Positions 27,508-35,583 of a stretch of DNA of 64,000 nucleotides are shown here, piece by piece (position 1 is the first letter of the stretch; each line of letters begins with the position of its first letter). The notes beneath the pieces are model-generated. The model was not told the origin of the DNA. It saw nothing but the letters and a program-made list of their open reading frames with translations, and did not search any database. The position numbers and the translations under genes were made by a program. Where the stretch lies: IMG/VR virus record IMGVR_UViG_3300033752_000289; one strand, given 5' to 3'. The stretch is from a virus.

Positions 27508-27972
27508 TCACACTCCGAAGACCCAGCTGACGCCCGAGGCGATGAGCGCCGCCGGGATGGAGATGATGGTCATCACGATCTGGCCGGCTGCGCCGGGGAT
27601 GAGCGCGGCGGCGGGCGGCGCGACGCTGGCCGCGATCAGCGTTCGATCGTCGATGCGGTTCTGGTAGAGGCGGAAGGCCAGATAGGCGATGATCGTGAAG
27701 GCCAACAGGCCGGCGACAACAGCCCCGGTGAACTTGCCGATGATGCTGCCGACGAGCTGGTCACCGGTGTTGATCACCCCGGCGACCCACTGCCCGACCG
27801 GACTGGCGGTCAGCCCGACCGAACCGGTGATGATGAGGGCCACGACGAGTCGCGGCCAGGCGTGGTTGCCGAACACCCAGATGAGGATGCCGGCGACCAG
27901 GCAGATGATCCCGACGGCGAGTGACACACCGCCGATCAGTCCGCTGAGTTCAGGGAACACGGGAACCTCCAT
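27508..27972 (-). CDS. integral membrane protein (4 TM)
   Basis: 154-aa hydrophobic ORF, 3 nt upstream of the next gene. Confidence 0.6.
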   Translation of the reverse strand: MEVPVFPELSGLIGGVSLAVGIICLVAGILIWVFGNHAWPRLVVALIITGSVGLTASPVGQWVAGVINTGDQLVGSIIGKFTGAVVAGLLAFTIIAYLAFRLYQNRIDDRTLIAASVAPPAAALIPGAAGQIVMTIISIPAALIASGVSWVFGV

Positions 27973-28177
27973 TGAGGGATTGAGCGAAGTCGCGGATCAG
28001 CCGGCCCAGCTGCCGGTAGGCGTCGGGTCGGTGCTCCGCGGGTAGGTCCTCGATTAGGGCGCGCGTCGCGTCGTAGTAGTACGCGCAGAGACGCGCGGGG
28101 TCGTTGCCGGCGGCGGCGCGCTTGCGCGCGTAGTGCGCGGCGACGCGGGCGCGGCGCGCTTCCTGCCGCCGGCTCAC
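27950..28177 (-). CDS. hypothetical small basic protein
   Basis: 75-aa ORF overlapping its neighbours by 4 and 23 nt. Confidence 0.45.
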   Translation of the reverse strand: MSRRQEARRARVAAHYARKRAAAGNDPARLCAYYYDATRALIEDLPAEHRPDAYRQLGRLIRDFAQSLNGGSRVP

Positions 28178-28425
28178 AAGACGGTGAGCAGGTCGTCACC
28201 GTCTTCGTCGACGGTGAATGTGCTGATGACGCGCTGGTCCTTCGGCGAGTGAATGTCGATGCGGAACCGGGACAGATCGAAGTCGTCGGTCCCGTTCCGC
28301 TCGGTTGCCCAGCGGACCAACAGCTTGCGGAGAACTCGCGCGCTACGGGGATTGAGGTGAACCCTCTTGTCCCCGAGGTGCTTGGAGCCCTCGTACAGCT
28401 TCACGACGTGCGGGAACGCCGCCAT
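28174..28425 (-). CDS. hypothetical protein, first gene of the leftward membrane/translocase operon
   Basis: 83-aa ORF. An 18-bp inverted repeat and AGGGGG lie upstream. Confidence 0.55.
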   Translation of the reverse strand: MAAFPHVVKLYEGSKHLGDKRVHLNPRSARVLRKLLVRWATERNGTDDFDLSRFRIDIHSPKDQRVISTFTVDEDGDDLLTVL

Positions 28426-28444
28426 GAACGGATACCCCCTGTGC

Positions 28445-28489
28445 TGTGCATAGTTGTGACTAGACGAAGGTTAGTCACGACTATGCACA
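28445..28489. promoter_or_regulatory. 18-bp inverted repeat TGTGCATAGTTGTGACTA-9 nt-TAGTCACGACTATGCACA
   Basis: One mismatch. Lies directly upstream of the leftward operon starting at 28425. Confidence 0.55.
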
Positions 28490-28508
28490 GATCACAAGAG
28501 GTGTAATT

Positions 28509-29723
28509 TCAGCGGCCGCGGCGTGTCGCGGCCAGCACCGCAACCGCGGCCGCCGCGTAGACCGCGACCGCGAGGAGGATCGGGGCGCGCAGCGATACCA
28601 CGGCGAGCGCGCCACCGATGAGCGCGCCGAGCGGGCCCGCACCGTTGCCGGCGAGCCGGAACGTGGAGATGACGCGGCCGAGCATCTCGGCCGGGGTGTG
28701 CCGCTGACGCGCGCCAGAGATGACGACCCCGGCGACGGAGACTCCGGCCCAGCAGAGCGCGAGTCCGAACCCGCCCAGCAGCGGGTTGGTCGCGGCGGCC
28801 AGCAACCCGAATCCGACGGCGTGGCTGACGAGCGCCACTCCGAGCGCCCGGCCGGTGGGCAGCAGCCGCAGCAGACGCGGCGCGACCATCGCACCGGTGA
28901 GCCCGCCGACGGCCATCGTGGCGAGCAGCAGCCCGTACCCGGCCGGCGCCATGCCGAGCCCAGCCGGGTCAGTCGCGTACAGCACGAGCGTGGCCGTGGC
29001 CGCGTTCCACGCCGCGTTGGCCACCGCGGTGAGCGCGGCGAGCGCGCGGAGCTGGCGGTGCCGCGCGAGCCACCGGATACCGTCGCGCAGCGACGCCCAC
29101 ACCGATTCGTTCGTGCGCGGCGGCCGGGGCGTGGCCGGCGTCGCCGCGGTCAGCGCGGCCGACGCGGCGAGCGTCGCCGCGTGCCCGACGAACGGCAGCC
29201 ACGGCGCGAGGGCGAACCCGGCCGATCCCGCCGGCGGCCCGACCAGCTGCCGGCCGAACATGTTCCCGGCCTGCAGATGGCTGTTCGTCGCGTTCAGCGT
29301 CTCCGGGTCACGGTCGGCCAGGTCCGCGACGGTGGCCTCGAGCGCGGCGGAGTGGAACACCAACCCGGTGACGATCAGGAACGCGCACGCGGACAGGGCC
29401 GGGATGGACGCGGCCCCGAGGGCGACCAGCAGCGCGAGCGCGGCGAGCGCCAGGCCTCGCACCACATCGGACACGATCATGGTCGTCCGGCGGGGCCACC
29501 GGTCCACCCACACGCCGGCGAGCGGGGATACGAGAAGCCATGGGGCGGTCTCGGCCGCGACCACGACGGAGACCGCCGCGGGGTCGCGGGTGACGGTAGC
29601 GGCGGCCAGCGGCGCCGCGGCGAGGAACACGCCGGCGCCTGCTGATGAGGCCGCGTTCGCTGCTACGAGAAGCCGCAGCCCACGCCGGCGCTGAGGCGTG
29701 GGCTGCGACAGGTCTACATGCAC
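28509..29723 (-). CDS. MFS transporter (about 12 TM)
   Basis: Hydrophobic throughout. DRWPRR-type loop after TM2. I chose the GTG at 29723 because the longer ORF overlaps the DUF397 gene. Confidence 0.7.
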   Translation of the reverse strand: MHVDLSQPTPQRRRGLRLLVAANAASSAGAGVFLAAAPLAAATVTRDPAAVSVVVAAETAPWLLVSPLAGVWVDRWPRRTTMIVSDVVRGLALAALALLVALGAASIPALSACAFLIVTGLVFHSAALEATVADLADRDPETLNATNSHLQAGNMFGRQLVGPPAGSAGFALAPWLPFVGHAATLAASAALTAATPATPRPPRTNESVWASLRDGIRWLARHRQLRALAALTAVANAAWNAATATLVLYATDPAGLGMAPAGYGLLLATMAVGGLTGAMVAPRLLRLLPTGRALGVALVSHAVGFGLLAAATNPLLGGFGLALCWAGVSVAGVVISGARQRHTPAEMLGRVISTFRLAGNGAGPLGALIGGALAVVSLRAPILLAVAVYAAAAVAVLAATRRGR

Positions 29724-29730
29724 TGTGGTG

Positions 29731-29964
29731 TCAGCTGTTGCGGGCAAGCCACGACCTCGCCCAGTCGTCGAGCTCGCTCTCCGTGAATCGCAGCGGCTGC
29801 TGCTCCGCGAGGTCGACCTTGGTGTCCGCGACCTCATACATGCCGTCCTCGGCGCGCCGGACCGCGACGCAGTTGCCGTCCCAGCTCGAGCCGTCCGGGC
29901 CGACCTTGGCCGCACGGCCATCCCAGACAGCACCGGACGGGATACGCCAAACCGAGTCGAACAT
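29731..29964 (-). CDS. DUF397 (BldB-like) small protein
   Basis: WRIPSGAV..GNCVAVRRAEDGMYEVADTK..PLRFTESELDDW matches the DUF397 pattern. Confidence 0.75.
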   Translation of the reverse strand: MFDSVWRIPSGAVWDGRAAKVGPDGSSWDGNCVAVRRAEDGMYEVADTKVDLAEQQPLRFTESELDDWARSWLARNS

Positions 29965-30010
29965 AGATGCCGTCCTTCCCGGCCCCGGGGTGGGGCCAAC
30001 CTAGTCGGGA

Positions 30011-30892
30011 TTATGCACCCGATGGTGGCGTCGCGCGACCCCGCTCCGCCTCCCGCTGCTCCCGGAGCAGCCGGCGGAGCAGCGCCGCCGACTTCTGGGG
30101 GGAGAGCGCCGCCGAGACGTACTGGTCCCAGGCCCGCAGGTACCAGTCCACCTCGTCGATCCCGGCGAGCGTGACCTCGACGGTCGGAAGCTCAAGGAAC
30201 ACCACAGGCTGCGGGTCGTCGGCCTCGAAGACGATGAACGGGCACATCGGCGGTAGGGGGGACGGGGCATCCGCGGGGATGACGCGAAGGCTGATGTTGG
30301 CGGCCTCTGTGAACCGCAGCACCGTCCGCCAGGCCTCGCCGCGCGCCGCCGGGGCAAGGTTGGGGGTGCGCCACCGTAGCGCCTGCTCCGTCACGATGAT
30401 CTCGTAGGTCGGTGCGTCCGGCTGCAGCAGCTGCTCGCCGCGCTGCAGCCGCGCCTCGATCGCCTCCTCCAGGTCGCCCTCGTCGCTCGGCCGCAGCGCC
30501 AGCATCACCGCCCGCGCGTAGTCGGCGGTCTGCAGCACACCGGGGATCATCGCCGGCTGGAAGTGCCTGACCCTGGTCGCGTGCCTCATGACTTCCAGCA
30601 GCTCGCGCTGCCGGCCGGCCAGCGAGCCGCGCAACACCTCCCGATGGCTGACGATCTCGGTCCGCGCCTTCTCGAAGAGCTGCATGATCTCCGTCCGCTC
30701 CTCGGCGGTAGCACCGGTCGCTTCCAGCCACCGCTCAACGAGCCGCCGCGGGGCGGGAACCACAGCACGCTCGTACCGAGAGATCGTTGACTGGCTCGTG
30801 CCGAGGATCTCGGCCAGGCGTGGGCCGCTCAGGTCTGCCCGTATCCGTAGGGCCCTGAGCCGCTGTCCGAGCAGGATGCGGGGGCGATCCAA
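30011..30892 (-). CDS. XRE-family HTH regulator with a DUF5753-like C-terminal domain (WhiJ/Scr1-like)
   Basis: LGQRLRALRIRADLSGPRLAEILGTSQSTISRYER and IPGVLQTADYARAVM. Divergent from the rightward early genes. Confidence 0.8.
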   Translation of the reverse strand: MDRPRILLGQRLRALRIRADLSGPRLAEILGTSQSTISRYERAVVPAPRRLVERWLEATGATAEERTEIMQLFEKARTEIVSHREVLRGSLAGRQRELLEVMRHATRVRHFQPAMIPGVLQTADYARAVMLALRPSDEGDLEEAIEARLQRGEQLLQPDAPTYEIIVTEQALRWRTPNLAPAARGEAWRTVLRFTEAANISLRVIPADAPSPLPPMCPFIVFEADDPQPVVFLELPTVEVTLAGIDEVDWYLRAWDQYVSAALSPQKSAALLRRLLREQREAERGRATPPSGA

Positions 30893-31008
30893 CCTATGTA
30901 CGCTCCATCCGACTAGTCACTGGTATGCATCACGCACCGTAGCAGAGGTCACCCGCTCGGCCCCGTAGCTCGGAACATCTTCCTGAGAGTGGGTATCCGG
31001 CGGCGCCT

Positions 31009-31022
31009 TCATGACGTCATGA
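31009..31022. promoter_or_regulatory. TCATGACGTCATGA (site 4) followed by two CGTCATG direct half-sites (31031-31045)
   Basis: In the divergent region between the XRE gene (start 30892) and the first rightward PH unit (31076). Confidence 0.7.
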
Positions 31023-31075
31023 AGGCATGCCGTCATGGCGTCATGAACGCAAACCCGCTACAGTGATAGTTGGTG

Positions 31076-31094
31076 TGCGGGTGAGCGACCCGCA
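31076..31094 (+). promoter_or_regulatory. PH element copy (first rightward early unit)
   Basis: tgcgggtgagcgacccgca. GATAGT-like box upstream. ATG at 31111. Confidence 0.7.
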
Positions 31095-31110
31095 CGGAAA
31101 GGAGTCGATC

Positions 31111-31518
31111 ATGCCTGCCCGAGTGGGTAGCGGAAACCTGCGCGGCGCGCTCCGCGTCGTCGCGCGCCTCGACAACGGCGGCGGGGTGCCGTGGAGCACG
31201 CTGTCGAGCGTCGTGCACTTCGAGACGCTCCAGCGGCTCGTGTGGGCCGGCGCGCTGACCAGCACCGGCCTGGACCCGGCCAAGTGCCGGCCGCGGCCCG
31301 GAGTCACGAACCCGGTCTTCCACCTGACCCGGTTCGGACGCCAGATCCTGGCCGAGATCGACGGCCAGCACGCCGCCCGGCGGGTGTACCTCGGGTGTGC
31401 GGGCCGCCGCCCCGCCCAGGCAGCAGGACCTGACGGTAGCCACCCGGCCACGGGTCGTCCGCCTCGCCGGCGCCGGCCGGAGTCGAAGCGCCACCGCCGC
31501 TACCAGCCTGAGCAGTGA
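31111..31518 (+). CDS. hypothetical protein, first rightward gene after the switch region
   Basis: ATG 16 nt after the PH hairpin, with SD GGAAAGGAG. Confidence 0.55.
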   Translation: MPARVGSGNLRGALRVVARLDNGGGVPWSTLSSVVHFETLQRLVWAGALTSTGLDPAKCRPRPGVTNPVFHLTRFGRQILAEIDGQHAARRVYLGCAGRRPAQAAGPDGSHPATGRPPRRRRPESKRHRRYQPEQ

Positions 31519-31583
31519 CCTCCCGAGCCGGTCACAGCGCCTTACGGTGCCGTGGCCGGCTCGTGTGCTATGATGTTCGTGTG

Positions 31584-31602
31584 TGCGGGTGAGCGACCCG
31601 CA
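31584..31602 (+). promoter_or_regulatory. PH element copy
   Basis: TGcTATGAT at 31566-31574. ATG at 31621. Confidence 0.75.
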
Positions 31603-31620
31603 CGGAAAGGGGAAGCACCG

Positions 31621-31929
31621 ATGGCAGGCGTGCCTGTCAGTGAGCTCCGGGTCGAGGAGCCCAAGCCGCTGACCGAGCGGGATCTCGGTCCCTACGCCAC
31701 CGACCCGCGCCTCCTCTCCTGGAGCGCGGCGAGCGTCCGGGTCAGGACCGACGAGGGCGAGTTCCTGATTCGGCACCAGCCTCTGTTCGGCTGGACGGTC
31801 TACGTCCTGCCGAGCCACCAGATCCTGTCCGGCGTCCGCAACGGGCTGACCAAGGCCGGCCTCGCTACCGGGATCGCGTCGTGCGTCGACGCGCTCCAGG
31901 TCGTGCTCGGCGACCCGCAGATCCGCTGA
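31621..31929 (+). CDS. hypothetical protein
   Basis: ATG 18 nt after the PH hairpin. Terminator hairpin downstream. Confidence 0.6.
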   Translation: MAGVPVSELRVEEPKPLTERDLGPYATDPRLLSWSAASVRVRTDEGEFLIRHQPLFGWTVYVLPSHQILSGVRNGLTKAGLATGIASCVDALQVVLGDPQIR

Positions 31930-31943
31930 GTCCCCAACCACCC

Positions 31944-31979
31944 GGCCCGGGCGGTCGCCACAAGGTTCCCGCCCGGGCC
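31944..31979 (+). terminator. hairpin terminator
   Basis: ggcccgggcgg-N14-ccgcccgggcc. Confidence 0.5.
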
Positions 31980-32013
31980 ACCGTCATCTGAACCGGGAGA
32001 AGGAGACGTTGCC

Positions 32014-32265
32014 ATGGCCAAGATCCAGCGTCCGGTTGAGGGCTGCCAGGCGGCCTGCTGCCGGTACGGCGTAGAGCTGCGGAACATCCCGCCCAAGCCG
32101 TACGGGGTCACCTGGGCGGAGTACACCCCTCACCTCACTGGTAATCAGGACCAGTACCTAGTGATGCGGTGGGAGAAGGAGTACTCCCGCAACACCGGTC
32201 GGCCGCCGCGGCGCTTCCCGACCGGGTGGCCCGCCGACCTCGGCGCCTCCGAGCGGGTGGCGTGA
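32014..32265 (+). CDS. hypothetical protein
   Basis: 83-aa ORF with GGAGAAGGAG upstream. Confidence 0.6.
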   Translation: MAKIQRPVEGCQAACCRYGVELRNIPPKPYGVTWAEYTPHLTGNQDQYLVMRWEKEYSRNTGRPPRRFPTGWPADLGASERVA

Positions 32266-32274
32266 CCGGACATC

Positions 32275-32548
32275 ATGGCTGAGCAGACGTATCAGGGCCA
32301 GCGGCGCTACTGCCGCTGGCCCGGGACGCCAACACCAGCGAGGGCGTCGAGTTCGGGTTCTGCTGGCACCGCCTCGGGGTGCTGCTGTGCCGCCTAACCA
32401 CGACCTCGGCCACCATCCCGGCCACCGACGGGACCCGGACGGCAACTGTGCCGCCTGCACCTGCGGATGGGTCGCCACCGAGACGAGCTCCACGGCCGGC
32501 GATCTAATCCAGGCGTGGGCAGACCACCTCGCCCAGATCAGCCACTGA
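32275..32548 (+). pseudogene. small gene readable only across three frames (two apparent 1-nt deletions)
   Basis: MAEQTYQGQRRYCRWPG (frame 1), DANTSEGVEFGFCWHRLGVLLC (frame 3), PPNHDLGHHPGHRRDPDGNCAACTCGW..ADHLAQISH (frame 2). All three have high GC3. Confidence 0.35.
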
Positions 32549-32561
32549 TCCAACCCGCTAC

Positions 32562-32593
32562 CGGGCCGGTCAGCCATCGAGCTGACCGGCCCG
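32562..32593 (+). terminator. hairpin terminator, 13-bp stem
   Basis: cgggccggtcagc catcga gctgaccggcccg. Confidence 0.55.
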
Positions 32594-32641
32594 TCCTCGT
32601 GCCGAGACACTAGCGATCCGCGGTGCCTACCGTGCCCGACC

Positions 32642-32929
32642 ATGACTGCCACCCCCCCAGCTGTGGAGCCGGTGGGCCGCCGCGAGGTGTGGCCCACGAT
32701 GATGCTGCCGCTGTACGCGGCGACCGCGGAGGCGCTCGGTATCCGCCCGGACCGGCCGGTCGAGGACCCCGACGTCGTGCTGGCCCGGACCGTCCACGAG
32801 TTCGTCTCAACCGTGAACCGGCTCACCGCCGCCGGCCTGCCGGCCACGCTCGACCGCGACCGGGCCCGCGCGCTCCTGGCTGACGCCACGGACGCCTGCG
32901 AGCGGCTGAGGAAGGCGGTCGCCGCATGA
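32642..32929 (+). CDS. hypothetical protein
   Basis: 95-aa ORF, co-directional. Confidence 0.55.
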   Translation: MTATPPAVEPVGRREVWPTMMLPLYAATAEALGIRPDRPVEDPDVVLARTVHEFVSTVNRLTAAGLPATLDRDRARALLADATDACERLRKAVAA

Positions 32930-33177
32930 GCCGGTACGTCGCATGGAACCCGAGCACCGCGCAGCTGGTAACGACCGTGCCTCCGGTCCGGCTGATCGTC
33001 GCCGAGACCCCCGAAGAGCGTGACGAGCTCCGGCGCCTGTTCGGCGACCGCGGCTTCGAAGTCATCCCCTTCCAGACGGTCACCGTCACCGAGTGGCTGC
33101 GCGAGAGCGGCGCCCAAACCTACGCCAACGGAGACCCTCTCCCGCCCCGACCCGACGGGAGCCACACCGCCCCGTAA
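32926..33177 (+). CDS. hypothetical protein
   Basis: ATGA overlap with the previous gene. Confidence 0.55.
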   Translation: MSRYVAWNPSTAQLVTTVPPVRLIVAETPEERDELRRLFGDRGFEVIPFQTVTVTEWLRESGAQTYANGDPLPPRPDGSHTAP

Positions 33178-33179
33178 CC

Positions 33180-33752
33180 ATGACCGCCCCCACCCGACGC
33201 CCAGTAGGACGACCCAGCAAGCTCCGCCCCGAGGTGCGCGAGCGGCTCATCCATGCCCTCGAACAAGGCGCCACCTACGAGGCCGCCGCCACCTACGCCG
33301 GCATCCACGTCAGCACCCTCCACCGCTGGATAGCCCGCGCCGACGACCCTGATTCTGATTCCGCGTATCGCGAGTTGCGCAACGCGGTTGAACGCGCGCG
33401 CGCGAAGCTCCAAACGGACCTGCTCGAGTGCGTCCTCGAGACGGTGCGCGGCGGCGCGCTCATCAAAGAGACCACGCGCACCTTCCCGAACGGCGACGAG
33501 CTGACCGAACGCCAGTACGCGCCACCGGACGGCCGGCTCGGGCTCGAGCTGCTGTCGCGTCTGTGGCCGCGCGACTTCGCGCGCCGCAACGCACTCGAGG
33601 TCACCGGCGCCGACGGTGGCCCCATCCAGATCGCGTCCGCCGAGAAGCTCGCCGCGATCGCCGCGACGGTGAAGGACGCGCTCAACAAGTCCGAGCTCGT
33701 CGACGCTGAGGTCGTCGACGAGCAGCCGCGCGCGATCGGCCAGGCGGCATGA
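33180..33752 (+). CDS. HTH DNA-binding protein of the terminase-small-subunit-like type
   Basis: GRPSKLRPEVRERLIHALEQGATYEAAATYAGIHVSTLHRWI. No large terminase gene is adjacent. Confidence 0.5.
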   Translation: MTAPTRRPVGRPSKLRPEVRERLIHALEQGATYEAAATYAGIHVSTLHRWIARADDPDSDSAYRELRNAVERARAKLQTDLLECVLETVRGGALIKETTRTFPNGDELTERQYAPPDGRLGLELLSRLWPRDFARRNALEVTGADGGPIQIASAEKLAAIAATVKDALNKSELVDAEVVDEQPRAIGQAA

Positions 33753-34045
33753 CCGGGAAGCCCATCGAGCACGGCACGGAGCGCGGCTACCGCTCTGGCT
33801 GCCACTGCGAGCCGTGCCGCGCCGCGCACCGGGAGACGATGCGCGCCCAGCGGGAGCGGCGGCTCAACCTGCCGCGCGCCCTGGTGCCGCACGGCTACAG
33901 CGGCTACCAGAACTACGGCTGCCGCTGCCCCGTGTGCCGGGCCGCCTACTCGGCGCGGGAGACGCGGCCGGAGCGAGTGGCGTACAAGCGGGAGCACCGG
34001 CGCCGGCGCAGCGCGGCGCAGCTGGTCGTGGCTGGTGGTGCGTGA
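33749..34045 (+). CDS. Cys-rich protein with a repeated GY..GC.C..CR.A motif
   Basis: GYRSGCHCEPCRAAH and GYQNYGCRCPVCRAAY. Confidence 0.55.
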   Translation: MTGKPIEHGTERGYRSGCHCEPCRAAHRETMRAQRERRLNLPRALVPHGYSGYQNYGCRCPVCRAAYSARETRPERVAYKREHRRRRSAAQLVVAGGA

Positions 34046-34101
34046 TGAGCCATCGGCGTGGGACCGCCTGTCGATGGCCGGTCAGCGGTACAGTCGAGGT
34101 C

Positions 34102-34118
34102 GCTGGTGAGCGACCGGC
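34102..34118 (+). promoter_or_regulatory. PH element, variant copy
   Basis: gctggtgagcgaccggc. The stem needs one U.G pair. ATG at 34140. Confidence 0.5.
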
Positions 34119-34139
34119 AGCAAAGGGAAGGGATGACCT

Positions 34140-34436
34140 ATGGGTCATGGCCGCCTGTTTTGCGTAGGCGGGCGTCTGTACACCGTCGACTGTGGAACCT
34201 GGATCGCCCCGGACGTCCTCGTCGATCGGCTGCGGCGGCTCGGGCTGATCAACGCCGGCACCGACCGCGGCGACGTCGAGGTCGTCTCCGCCCGGGAACT
34301 CGAGGCCATCCTCCGGGAGCGGGACGGCAGCCTGTGCCGGCATGTCGCCGACGACGGCGGCTGGTGCGACCAGAAGGCCGCGCCAGGCGAGACCCGCTGC
34401 AGGGAGCACCTGGCCGTGGCGGCGGTGGCGGCGTGA
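34140..34436 (+). CDS. hypothetical protein
   Basis: ATG 21 nt after a variant PH hairpin. Confidence 0.55.
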   Translation: MGHGRLFCVGGRLYTVDCGTWIAPDVLVDRLRRLGLINAGTDRGDVEVVSARELEAILRERDGSLCRHVADDGGWCDQKAAPGETRCREHLAVAAVAA

Positions 34437-34900
34437 ACCCCGGGGACGTCAAGGTCGGCGACCTGGTGCTGATCCCGGGCGTCGTCACACAGAAGCACGG
34501 GTCCCTCGCGATGGTGGACGCCGGAACGGTCATCACCGTGCCCGTCCGCGACATCTACCCCCATCCGGGGGCCGACCAGCTGCCGGAGGAGCCACCGGAC
34601 GGCACCGTCCTGGTCAACCCTTGCGACCGCATCACTGGGTTCCCCGAGGTCGCCATCCGCAAAGACGCGGACGCACCGGTCGAGCCGGATCGCCGCCACC
34701 AGCGCCACTGGTACCTGCACGTGCGCGTCGAGGACGAGGACGAGCGTTGGGTCGACTGGCGGACGCTCCTCAACCGCGGGTTCGACCCGTCGCAGCGCTT
34801 CAACGCGGTGCTCGACGAGATCGACGCGCGCACGGGTACCGACTCCCACAAACCGACCACCCGCGAGGAGGCATCTGATGTCGGTAGCGACCGGATCTGA
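34433..34900 (+). CDS. hypothetical protein
   Basis: GTGA overlap. In frame with ORF 34058..34900. Confidence 0.55.
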   Translation: MNPGDVKVGDLVLIPGVVTQKHGSLAMVDAGTVITVPVRDIYPHPGADQLPEEPPDGTVLVNPCDRITGFPEVAIRKDADAPVEPDRRHQRHWYLHVRVEDEDERWVDWRTLLNRGFDPSQRFNAVLDEIDARTGTDSHKPTTREEASDVGSDRI

Positions 34901-35045
34901 GCAACAGCAGCTCGTCAACGAGTGGAACGCACGGCACCCGGTCGGCACCCGGCAGGTGGCCGCGGTCGACCGGGCGATGCGGATGGCGCGGCTCGTCGAG
35001 GCCGCCGAGATCAACGGTGCTCTGCCGGAGGTGACCCGTGTCTGA
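34878..35045 (+). CDS. small hypothetical protein (55 aa)
   Basis: My own translation is MSVATGSEQQQLVNEWNARHPVGTRQVAAVDRAM... GAGGAGG lies 7 nt upstream. Below the track cutoff. Confidence 0.4.
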   Translation: MSVATGSEQQQLVNEWNARHPVGTRQVAAVDRAMRMARLVEAAEINGALPEVTRV

Positions 35046-35583
35046 GGCCAACGTCCGGGAGTACGTCGTCCACGTGCTGTCCGATCTGGACGCCAACCAC
35101 AAACGCGGATGCGTCGTCCAGGTCGGCGCTGACTATGCCTTCACGGTGCCGCCGGGCCGCGCCACCCTGTACGGCTGCGTCGTGATCCAGGCGGCCACGG
35201 TCGCCGACTACCTGGGTGCGGTCTACCGGCAGATGCGCCGCGAGGGGCTGACGGATGAGATCGCCATCGAGGTTGTCAACAACGTCTTCAAGGCCAGCTG
35301 GGAACCGCCGGACATCAGCGAGATCACGCCCTACGTCCAGTTCGAGCCGCGGCTGGGCGGCAAGCGCCGGCTGCCCATTGTGCAGGTGACACTGCGGGGC
35401 GAGCCGGTCGAGGACTGGACACCGGGCTTTGCCCGGGACCACGCCGTGGAAGTCATGGGCACCGTCTCCTGGGCGATCCTCGACGACCGGTACTTCCGCG
35501 TCCTCGTCGAGAAGCACAGCGTCCCCGAAGCGGACGCCGACAGCTTCGTCCGCAACCTCGTGCGGTGGATGGCGGTGACCTGA
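35038..35583 (+). CDS. hypothetical protein
   Basis: 181-aa ORF. Confidence 0.6.
   Translation: MSEANVREYVVHVLSDLDANHKRGCVVQVGADYAFTVPPGRATLYGCVVIQAATVADYLGAVYRQMRREGLTDEIAIEVVNNVFKASWEPPDISEITPYVQFEPRLGGKRRLPIVQVTLRGEPVEDWTPGFARDHAVEVMGTVSWAILDDRYFRVLVEKHSVPEADADSFVRNLVRWMAVT

Noticed and set aside
28509-29999. The full 496-aa version of the MFS ORF.
   Set aside because: The first 90 codons overlap the DUF397 gene in another frame and are Arg/Ser-rich. The transporter-like sequence begins at the GTG at 29723.
33180-33752. Calling this gene the functional small terminase and the site of a packaging module.
   Set aside because: It has only the HTH-type N-terminus. It sits among early genes with no large terminase, portal or capsid gene nearby, so I kept it as a generic DNA-binding protein.
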